DNA of 64,000 bases from Laetmonice hystrix. Taxonomy: Eukaryota. The DNA lies in NCBI GenBank assembly GCA_965235115.1, contig OZ249441.1, positions 13,454,001 through 13,518,000 on the forward strand. Reading direction: 5' to 3'. Shown here piece by piece: positions 14,101-26,100 of this stretch (within the stretch, counting starts at the first letter, position 1; each line of letters opens with the position of its first letter). Below the pieces are notes generated by a model. The model did not search any database. It had not been told where the DNA came from and was given only the letters and a program-made list of their open reading frames with translations. Made by a program: the position numbers and the translations under genes.

Positions 14101-17100
14101 GGCCATGGTGAAGATAGTTCCCCGGTCTCCACCAGGGGTCGGGCCACATCCACTCTCCATTCAAACGTGACAACTTTCACGCTACGAGTGGCGGGATGTT
14201 TACTGTCTGACACTTTCTAAACACAACAATGACATCAAAATTAAGGAATGCGAGGTACCCATCTAAATCCTACCTGGTTGACTCCATCAGTAATGATATG
14301 ACCGAGTAGGAGACGTCCTACCCATCCAGAGAGCACACTCAGGGAGGTGATGATGTAGGAGATACACTTACCTTTACTTTGTCCATTCTGTTCACGGAGT
14401 ACCGTACACTCCTCAATCGTTCCGAACGGTGCAAACATCATCCTCACATCGTTCTCCGAACATTTCTTAGACAACATGCCTACAAACAGTTTCCGCTCTT
14501 CAACTGAAAGAAAACACGGCCCGGCTTGAGTAACTCTCGACAAACTTGAAATTCTAATAACTTAAACTGAACAAGGAATCAGAAGGGAGACCTCCATTAA
14601 CGTATGGTCCCATAATTATCTCAGCCATACACAATCCAATATACCGGGAAGACAACGGGTAACATCTCATTCCCTACTGTGACAGGTCAGGTTCGCCTAT
14701 TTTAGACCCCCTCCCGGACACTTCCTGTAGACTTCAGCACTGATTTGTAACCCTTTTATACCTCGTTCATTTCTCTGTCTCTACCCTCGTACCATGATTA
14801 GCATACCCAGGTTTACACACCCTGGCGCTGATTTCATGTGATGGCCTAACGTCCCTCTCTGATCACCCCCCACCCCACCTCTCACCGAGAACCCCTGCCT
14901 CCATAGCTACCCCTCATCACTATCCCCTGTACCACCCTCCACCGCTCCCACCAAACGTTTACACCCTTCCTCCCAGCACACCCATCCCTAGGAAAACCTC
15001 ACCCCGGCTCCAGCTGAGAATACACCCCGCCAGATGGCACCACCTACAGTCTCATTGGAAAAGAAACCTTTTTTCGGTGTCTCTGTATTGGCATCAACAA
15101 AGGCAGCTGCGCCGCAGGCGTTGAGAGGGTTTATCTTATCCGTAACACTGGTCTGGTGGACGTTTACTGTTTGAGGTAGTCTTTTACATCATTTAGCTTT
15201 TTCAGTGGTCTGATAATACCCCCACAGGCCCGGGGAGCCTTACTTTGAGTAAACCCTGAGAACGCCACAGTACTTGGATGATCGGGTTAAAGGCAAACAT
15301 TAAATGAGCTCCTTAGTGGATGGCCCTCGTCTGGAGGCCGCGCGTGTCTGGGACGGACAGCCAGTCATGTTTATTATTGCTGCAGTACCTGCAGACTACC
15401 ACTGCGGTACCTGGTCCGTCTTACCGCCATGGCTGTGGTAAGGGCCTCCTGTTACTGGAAGCTCCGACCAGCCGCCCTGCCAAACGACACCAGACATCCC
15501 AGTCCCAATACCTACTTTCTGCACTCCATTTACATCTCCAAACAAAGTCAGATATCTGCTGGCTGTGAAATGATAGCTAACATAACACACCTAGCCTGGC
15601 AATGGACAGGATCCACGATTTCTAAAGGATAGACCTAAACATCAGGGTACTGACTCTCTGCCATCAATATCCTCACCGGAACAGTCAGCTACAGCTGATT
15701 CCATGGTGTCACACACGTGTCACAGAATGTGGAGAATAGATTTGGCTTTGAAGCTTTGCAAACACTACAATCTGTTGCTATGAATAACGCATTCATGACT
15801 CCGCGATAACGCCACAGATACCGGCCCGGTGAATCCATGCTGCAGCAGCTAAATTAACTCTGGTAGACAGTACTAATAACAACGGTGAAAACACTTCTCC
15901 ATGTCATAATAACATAGCAGATTAAAACTTAATACTCAAACCAACTAATTAACTTCACTGTCGTACCTTTAAGAACCTTTTTTTTTAAACGCATTGCTCA
16001 TACTTTTATTATTTTCTTTGTGTCTCGTTTTCTGCCGGTACTTCAGATTTCGTTCCTTGTGTGTAAAAACTGCAACTCACCATTTCTCTTTTCGCTGTCG
16101 GCCGGCTTCATCTGTATGGGATGTTGCATCTGCGGATGACAAATTTAGCTCAACATAAATACAAAGGTCTCAGTAAGTGCCACTCTCAATGTTGCTAACA
16201 ACATTCAAAACATGTTAGACTTTTACCGCTATTTAACCAAGGCAATCTGGGAACAGGAAACGGATTCTATTACCTTGCTATGATAGGAGGACAGTACTCA
16301 AGGTCAAACTCTATATATCACAGTGCATAAAACCTTCAGCAGACATAGAATATACTGAGCTCTTCATGTATTTAGTGGATCCCTCTGAAACTGTTTATTT
16401 CCCACATTGTTTCCCTGGAGGCCTCGTGATTCTAACCATAACACAATCAAGCTTCCTTACTCTATTGTCAGACCCTTCCATTCCGCCTCGTCAGACCCTT
16501 CCATTCCGCCTCGTCAGACCCCTCCAGCCTCACCAGACCCTTCCTTCCCGCCTCGTCAGACCCCTAGCCTCGCCAGACCTTTCCCTCACCCTCGTCAGAC
16601 CCTTCCTTCCCGCCTCGTCAGACCCTTCCCTCTCCCTCGTCAGACCCCTAGCCTCACCAGACCTTTCCCTCTCCCTCGTCAGACCTTTACCTCCCGTCTC
16701 GTCAGACCCTTACCTCCCACCTCGTGAAACCCTTACCTCCCGTCTCGTCAGACCCCTAGCCTTACCAGACCTTTCCCTCTCCCTCGTCAGACCTTTACCT
16801 CCCGTCTCGTCAGACCTTTACCTCCCACCTCGTGAAACCCTTACCTCCCGTCTCGTCAGACCCTTACCTCCCGTCTCGTCAGACCCTTACCTCCCGCCTC
16901 GTCAGACCTTTACCTCCCGCCTCGTCAGACCTTTACCTCCCACCTCGTCAGACCTTTACCTCCCACCTCGTCAGACCTTTACCTCCCACCTCGTCAGACC
17001 TTTACCTCCCGCCTCGTCAGACCTTTACCTCCCACCTCGTCAGACCTTTACCTCCCACCTCGTCGGACCCATCCCTCTCCCTCGTCAGACCCTCACCTCC

Positions 17101-20100
17101 TCTTGTCATACCTTTTAGACCACTGCGATATTAAAGTTGTGTGTGTGTGTGGGGGGGGGGTGTAGGTGTGCGTAGGTTTGGGTGCGCTTGCGTTGTTGGT
17201 ACGTTTTTAAACCTCACAACAATGTCTTCCTGCGTCATCCTCTGCTTCCATTAATCGATCTACTATCTGATCACATATATGCCTATACCCTAGACACTAA
17301 TCAAACCATGATCCCATTTCACTAATTACATCATCCTCTCCTGGGAAATCTTATCAATACCGCCTCCAAGCCCGGAAACGCTTAGCACAGCACGAGAATA
17401 ATGGCCGACATGGGACACAGGCACCAGTAAAAAAAAACATGGCTAGCCCTGGTAGCATTTCAAACAAGGAGCGCTGACCGGTAGAGGCGGTACCAACTAG
17501 CCAGTGACAACGTGCTGTCCTGGCCATAGAAAGACCGCTCAGACCTGGCATCTTTGCTGTCGTGATGTCAGGCTGGGGGGGGGGGGCTCTGTGGTAGGGG
17601 ACACAGTAACTGAAGGCGGGGGGGCTCCCTGGTATGGGGCACAGTAACTGAAGGCGGGGGGGGGGGGGCTCGGTGGTAGGGGGCACAGTAACTGGAGGCG
17701 GGGGGGGGGGGCTCCGTGGTAGGGGGCACAGTAACTGGAGGCGGGGGGGGGGGCTCCGTGGTAGGGGGCACAGTAACTGGAGGCGGGGAGGGGGTCCGTG
17801 GTAGGGGGCACCGTAACTGAAGGCGGGGGGGCTCTGTGGTAGGGGACACAGTAACTGAAGGCTGGGGGGGGGCTCTGTGGTAGGGGACACAGTAACTGAA
17901 GGCGGGGGGACTCCCTGGTAGGGGGCACAGTAACTGGAGGCGGGGGGCTCCCTGGTAGGGGGCACAGTAACTGAAGGCGGGGGGCTCCCTGGTAGGGGGC
18001 GCAGTAACTGGAGGCGGGGGGACTCCCTGGTAGGGGGCACAGTAACTGAAGGCGGGGGGACTCCCTGGTAGGGGGCACAGTAACTGGAGGCGGGGAGGGG
18101 GTCCGTGGTAGGGGGCACAGTAACTGAAGGCGTGGGGACTTCCTGGTAGGGGGCACCGTAACTGGAGGCGGGGAGACTCCGTGGTAGGGGGCACAGTAAG
18201 TGGAGGCGGGGAGACTCCATGGTAGGGGGCACAGTAACTGAAGGCGGGGGGATTCCCTGGTAGGGGGCACAGTAACTGAAGGCGGGGGGACTTCCTGGTA
18301 GGGGGCACAGTAACTGAAGGCGGGGAGGGGGTCCGTGGTAGGGGGCACAGTAACTGAAGGCGTGGGGACTTCCTGGTAGGGGCACCGTAACTGGAGGCGG
18401 GGGGATTCCCTGGTAGGGGGCACAGCAACTGAAGGCGGGGGGACTTCCTGGTAGGGGGCACAGTAACTGAAGGCGGGGGGACTTCCTGGTAGGGGGCACA
18501 GTAACTGAAGGCGGGGGGACTCCCTGGTAGGGGGCACAGTAACTGGAGGCGGACGTAGAAAGCGTTCTCATGTAACACCCGAGAACAGCTCCGGAAGCTC
18601 ACCTGTCAGGTGGGAGAGGACTATTTCCACACGGTCACATAATCTAGAGGTGGACACAAGACAATAGGCATACTAATCTCTTTAGTGTCTATAACTGTCA
18701 TTACGGCCTCATGCAACAAGGCGTTATTTGCTTTCCAGTCCATGTACTGCCTATTTATGTCTCCTTGTCTGGGGAGTCGCTATTACATTATGAAATATGC
18801 ACTGGGGAGGCTCCTTTTGACAGAACACATATCTTATATTGACACCAGCCGTTCGTGTTACTATTCAGTGCACCAGAGTGAAAACTGGAACCCAACAGTG
18901 GGGAAACCTATACGTTGACGGTTGACGGGAACAGTTTCAACAGGTTTCAAGGTGCTCAGACTGTGTACAGATGGCTAGAATCGAGTCGGGTTGGTGGGGA
19001 CTACAAGCAGCAGAACTAGGTACTGACAACAGGAGACTGTCGTGACACTAATGAGACAATAAAAGATCCTATTATCATTATCATCCTGGTTGGCATCCTC
19101 ATTGCTAGAAACCCAATCATAGATTTCTCGCTTTGGTCAGAAGTCCGTCGGTGCATTGGACACTCCCATTGTCTAATTTTTAATTAGGGGATGTTCCCAT
19201 CCTCGACATGAAAATCTAGAGGGGTTTTATAATATTTTACAACGGTACCATCAGAAAAGTAGGCCAGCTTCAAAATGAGTAGGTCAAATTCACTGTGGCC
19301 CATCGAGCGCCTACTACCTGTCATACTAATAATCCCATTCCGCCAAGCTCAGACCCCTTCCTCATACCAATCAACACCTTATGCCACTCTGGGGGTCAAA
19401 GATCAAGTCTGACATTCCCCTGTCCCGGCACACATCGATCACCCTACTGTTGCCATAGCAACAGATCAACTCCACTTAGATTTGCATTTTCCCAGTTATC
19501 CTTGAGAGCAGGGAAGGCATGCCGAGTGTATGGAGCAATGCCAGTGGGGTATTTATTACATGGAGTCGCGCGGTCATTGGGACAGGGGCCGGTTTTACTA
19601 AAGAGTCGAAAATAACGACGTCGAAAATTTAACATAGAAGTGAATGGGTTGCTAGGTCGAAAATAACGACCTAGCAACCATTCACTTCTATGTTAAATTT
19701 TCGACGTCGTTATTTTCGACCTTTAGTAAAACCGGCCCAGGACTGTTAAGGTGTTAATAACCTATGCCTGGGTGAGAACGATGCGGGGGTGGCCTACCAT
19801 AACAAAGCATTATCCTCACACCCACTTTACAATACACGTATATGTCAGGTAATACATCCGATATCGTACTGATATTGTCGGTTTGCCAGACAGACGCCCA
19901 CTGCTAACTCGTATCAGTCAGTCCGACTTTCGATCCAACAATATGTAACGTCCGTATGTACTCCGATAACGTGCGCAATACGTCACACATGTCAGACTGT
20001 CAGTTATACCATATGGATTGTATACCACATCAATATAGACAAGTCATATCACCCAGTCACATCGCATAAACATAGCCAGTCATATATTGGATACAATCTC

Positions 20101-23100
20101 AATGAAATCAAACAGAGATGTTGTCAATGTGAGACAGATAGGTCAGTCTGACGTCACTGCTAACAGTCGCACACTGTCCGCTAAATATGCAGGGAGCGTA
20201 GGAAACCATCTTTTACGTGTTTGAAATATGAATAGATGTGAGGAGGGGGCTGGCGAAATAAAAACAGCTAAAATTATCGATCAACTTGGGGTCCACTTAA
20301 TTCAGTATCGCAGGTACCAAATCATGTTGTCTACCCCATACTGTATGAAGAAAGATGATCGTCTATATATATATCTGGGGGAAACCCCCGCTACTTGCGT
20401 CTTGAGTGTATTATTTGTTGTCTTCACTTCATCTACAGCCGGTTTTTCTTGTCTGCGCCACTCTATTTCCTTCACTATCTTTTGAAATATTTCTATCTCC
20501 GTAACATGAGCTCATGAAGACAGCTGTACACGCAGTATTTCTAGACCCTTTATTATTTTTAACATTAAATATAGCACGTACGCAATACAGTGTTCAACTA
20601 AAAACCGTCGATATCCTCAACAATCTGAATCCTCTTCAAAGAACAGTCTCCGGAAATCAATACACTATGGCCTTTTAGACTTTTCTCCCGTTTCTTTCAT
20701 TTAATAAACATTTCGAGAGCCGCACAATCTGAAGAGCGCCACTTTCAGAAATCAAAAGATTAACCCCTTCCTCAAGGATCATCCCTTCGAGTATTAATTG
20801 ATCTCGTAGCAGATTAATCCTCTTGAGATAGCTGGCTATGCCCTGGGAGGGCCGTATAGACATAGCGACCCCCCGCGGCACTGATCCTAGCCCCCAGCCC
20901 CTCACTCCATGTACAAACGGTCGAGTATCTCTTTCACACACCCACACACACACAAAGTGATTACTGCCAGCTATGGCGACCGGATCTGTTCACACAGACA
21001 CAGCGCCCATCGCTCGGCGACAGCTCTGTCAAACACAACTCGGTGACACTGCAGGTCTATCTGTCAAACACAACTCGGTGACACTGCAGGTCTATCTGTC
21101 AAACACAACTCGGTGACACTGCAGGTCTATCTGTCAAACACAACTCGGTAACACTGCAGGTCTATCTGTCAAACACAACTCGGTGACACTGCAGGTCTAT
21201 CTGTCAAACACAACTCGGTGACACTGCAGGTCTATCTGTCAAACACAACTCGGTGACACTGCAGGTCTATCTGTCAAACACAACTCGGTGACACTGCAGG
21301 TCTATCTGTCAAACACAACTCGGTGACACTGCAGGTCTATCTGTCAAACACAACTCGGTGACACTGCAGGTCTATCTGTCAAACACAACTCGGTGACACT
21401 GCAGGTCTATCTGTCAAACACAACTCGGTGACACTATAGGTCTATCCGAGTCCATGTCACAATGTGAGTGGTACAAATAGGCTTTACTCAGATAAACTAC
21501 ATGCTAGCGTATTATACATGTACGTGTTGGTGTAAGAAAAGGCAGTGGAAGGACAACTCTATGCAGGTTCTGCTCCTTTGTTCTGGCTGACTCGCCTTTC
21601 CATAGTAGTAAGTTTATACCATACGTTGAATACGGTATATGTAACAGAAACATACATACATGCACGATTAGGTAGACTCATCAGGAATTAAGTGTCATTT
21701 ACTGTGTTATTGTCGAATTTTGCTTTATCTCATCAGTCCTAGACTGCTTGGCTAAATAGACAGGTGCACTACTTACGGCCAGACTGCAATGCGAGCTTCC
21801 AATCACGTCCAATAAATTCACTGGCTTGTTCAACTTTTGTCTATTCCTAAACCAGCATTGACGAATTTCGCGATGCATTCATTAATTACTTGTCTCATCC
21901 GGCAGGTGCGGCATTAACACTTCTGACAAAGAACGAACAAATTACATCGAACACTGATGTAAAATATTTCTTGCCAATTCAGCTCGTAGCTTTGGAAGTT
22001 GCTGATGAACATTATACCTACCGAACTAACCCAATAATGGAGCGACATCAAGTCTGCCACAGTCCATTAGGGAGCGGCGTGCTCCCACACACTCAGCCAT
22101 CCATTTACATAGCGTCTAATTGCGGGTTTTATGTGTGGTAGGCGGACGAGTCGGTCGCCTGTGTTTCGGGGTGGGTCTGTTATAGGCGGGAACCTCAGTA
22201 AGCAGTAAGTGCTCGTGACAATAGGATTACCTGCTCGTCCTGTCTGACGGCGGCCTGTCACGACAGACCAAATGACATCTCTCTCTCGCCTCCACAGAGT
22301 GGCGAGCGGAAAAACTCGGCCGCTAACAAACCTGCACATTCTCGTTAGATCAGTGAACGACTTGTATGACTGTGGAGGGACACTGGAAGACAATAACTGT
22401 CCACCACCGTCACTTTATCACAGTCATCGATACAAATCAGTCACAACAAATCGGGTATTTTCAGACAAACGCACTTTTTCACTTGTTTTCCAGGCCAATT
22501 GGAAGTCGTACGGTTTATTATGGCCGAGCGCATCCATGTGAAAACGTTCAACCATGGCTGTCCATGGACATTTTACAAATCATGACAGTTTATGTCATTC
22601 CAAGGGACATCGGAACCGTTTCCGTGACAACCACTGAATCTAAACAGGCAGACAAATATCGTATTATATGAGCTTTGTCATCTATGTCATAACGACATCC
22701 ATACCTGACGGTCTGACTAATAACACACATCGCGACATCGGGAATAGGTCAGCCGACTGGTGTCTCAATATGACTAATAAAATCAAGCACATTTCTCTTA
22801 TATCTAAAGTCAATTAGTGGGTGGAAACAAGAGTACTCCATTACCTCTCGTGGCGGTCAATGGTCACTTAACACGGGCAATCTGAGCGCCTGTACGGACA
22901 CTAGGACAACGCTGCCGTACTCATCACCAATCTAACACGGGCAATCTCACTGCCTGCGTACGGACACTAGGACAACGCTGCCCTGCTCATCACCAATCTA
23001 ACATAGGACAACGCTGCCGTACTCATCACCAATCTAACACGGGGAATCTCACTGCCTGTACGGACACTCGGACAACGCTGCCGTACTCATCACCAATCTA

Positions 23101-26100
23101 ACACGGGCGATCTCACGGCCTGTACGGACACTAGGACAACGCTGCCGTACTCATCACCAATCTAACACGGGCAATCTCACTGCCTGTACGGACACTAGGA
23201 CAACGCTGCCGTACTCATCACCAATCTAACACGGGGAATCTCACTGCATGTACGGAGATTTCTCTCTTCTTGAATAAGAAGAGAGAAATCTCTTGGTCTC
23301 CCCTTCTTCAAGAAGCGAGTTTTCACCCAGTGGTGGGTGCAATGGGTGAATGAATTCCTTCTTCAATTGAGACCACTAGTTATATGACTGCAATACTGGA
23401 TTCCTACTGGATGGTGGCTTCCAGAAAAATAGCGGGTCAACGTATTATCTTTTTAACAACCAATTTGAGACTAGCACTTAGATTTAACAAATAATTTCAA
23501 GTACTTTAAGCAACTGCATGGCATACCATGTTACGCGACTTTTTCTTATGTTTCTTCTGATATATTGTAGTCTATTTATTCCTGTCCTCCAAGGTGAAAA
23601 AGGTGGTAGTCTGGTTGGAGTCGCTCTTTCTCCCTATGGTCTTGGGAAGACCATATCTTAATCTTACCGATCAAGAATGTAAAACCTCTCTTCCGAAAAA
23701 CCCCATCAGTCTTAAGTTACGGACAAGCGGTATCTGATACGATCGCTTCTAACATGTCCAACATTAGACAGCTTTTCAAAACATTTTTGAGAGGTCTTTC
23801 CGGCAAGGAGAACATTCCAACCAAGTCGGCCGTTTCTTACATTCATCCCGTTTCCAATTTCTATCAAATATTAACGCCATTCTGAAGCAATATAGGATTA
23901 AGTGAGTGTGTGCAAGCAGTGCCCTGCAGCGTGCCCGTGGGAGCCGTATCGAGTTGTGAGATGACTGTGATCCAGCCCACTAATTACATTCTGTAAGTGG
24001 GTGGGACGCCTGCCCCGTGCCCGGACCGAGACGTTTTCTCCTGACGCCAGTATTGATCTCTCCTCCGGGGGGCCGTACCAAGACCACTGGGAGGGAGGGA
24101 GGAGGGAATCCCGGCTCGGGCTGGGGTCACAACGTCTGTGGTGACTACATCCCCTCCAGTAATGTTCTTGGAAGCGGGTTAGTGGGAAGGAACACCTCGA
24201 CCTTACCATCATGATCTGCCATCAAACCTGATTCAAGTTGGATACATGGGGCAAGTGATATTAACTTCACTGCACCGAATGGGTTCCTGCAACAATCAAT
24301 CCCAGCCCAGTGGCCCCAGACAACACTGCCCTCTGGTGGTCAGGAAATGTAGCGCATAGGTTAGCTTCTCACGAGGAACATGTACAGAGAGCTTGGCCTT
24401 TTCACATTTAAACCAAAATGTACTGTTTATATTTATATTCGCCTTTATACCCCCCTCCCCCCCAAAAAAAAGCTGAATGGAAATTCTCATGAACCCAGAA
24501 CATTAAAGCTGCAGATAAAATTCCTCAAAAACCTTTTATCCTCAGCAGCAACACTATGTTAAATTTCATGTTTGAACGATGAGTGAAAGAATACAGAAAA
24601 TAGAGCTATACTTTCCTTCATTGTTCAAACATGAAGTTTTAACATGGTGTTGCTGAGGGTAAAAGGTAACTATGTGGGGAATAAATGAATTTCCTTTGCA
24701 GTTTAAGAAACCGGTCAGAAATCAACAAATTCTAATACCGTGCATCCAAGGGTGTGTGAAAAAGTTTCATAATTAGTTATGAAGCGATATTATTCACATC
24801 GTTTATTGTAATTACCAAAGAAACGGGGGGGGGGGAAACTTTCTGCAAAATTATGTTATTTTTTTGGTAGGAATTTCAAATTATTTTGATACATAATTTG
24901 TTCCATACAGATTATTAAACTTGATTAAATTGATTTAATATCATTTAATATCAACTCTCCTCGCCATCAATTTCATAGGAAGAAATAATATTACCAGCTA
25001 TAATGACGCTCATCATTGACACAATTCCGACTGTATGAAATGCTCACTGTCAGCAAGATCTGATTAATGAATTTTCTTCATTTTCGGAGCCACAATGACC
25101 GTTTTTCTACGGTTGCATGTTATTTTTATTTAAGAACATTGTATTTATTTTTTCATTTAAGAACACTGAATGGGTGTCGCACAACACAAGTTCAAAAAGG
25201 GTGGGGAAAAACTTTTTATGGAGAGTATATTCGAGGAGCACGACCACAGTTCCATATTCAAGGAGAAGCACCGCGAGCACCCAGTCCGATGTGAGGTAGT
25301 CCTCCTATCCCTGTTCACTCAGTCAGTGGACCTCCCGCCAACTTCAATGCCACATTCGTCCACTCAGTCAGTGACCGCAGGATTAGCCTTCCTAGACAAC
25401 TGCTCCAGTAGCTACCCCCACCCCGGAGTCTGGAGGAGATCTGTGGACCAGTTCTACCGTCCAGTAGCTACCCCCACCCCGGAGTCTGGAGGAGATCTGT
25501 GGACCAGTTCTACCGTCCAGTCCTCCAGGGACACTCCCTGGAGTTCCTCCTGTCACTCGGCCGACACCCAGACACACCAGAGACCTTCTGCTGCCTCCGA
25601 TAACCCACTTTCTATTCTCTTCTCCGTCCTGTTTAGACATTTCCTTGTCGATCACGCCTTCTAAATCAATACGCCTAGTTTTCTATGGGATGGGAAGGGT
25701 ATTAAACATGCATATAAAAAGAAAATGATCAGTATGTTAATTGCAGATTTTATTCAAAGGGCAAGTTAAATCATTCTTTCAATTCCAGCTCTTTCTTTGC
25801 TTCAGCATACAACAGTAAATCACTTTTTTTAAGTTTTGCTCATTGGAAAACTCCCAACTTGTGCTTGTACATGTATCGGGTTTCATTTTCATTATCGAGA
25901 ATTCGAGTTTCAAATTGAGTTGTTGATTCGGCAGTGGGAATACTGCTGGTAGAAGGAGAACACGTCGAGCCTTGCATCCTGAGTTCGTATCGTCGTCTAG
26001 AGTTAACCAATCAGTACCGACAGTCGTCTACAGTTAAAGAGATCACAGTGAAAACCTCTTCTATCACACTGTCTGTTCTCATCAGTCATGTCACCGGTTA

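Noticed and set aside
14570-15330. CR1-like endonuclease/ORF1 traces
   Set aside because: Too degenerate to call by eye. The same applies to LINE-like traces at 3.5-4.0 kb and 47.3-48.3 kb and to a DIRS/Ngaro-like trace at 23.4-24.3 kb.
16366-18602. Long Pro-rich ORFs
   Set aside because: Products of C/G-rich tandem arrays.
21026-21445. Regular 35-bp repeat superficially like a CRISPR array
   Set aside because: Head-to-tail identical units with no spacers, no cas genes, and eukaryotic context. The same applies to all other arrays.
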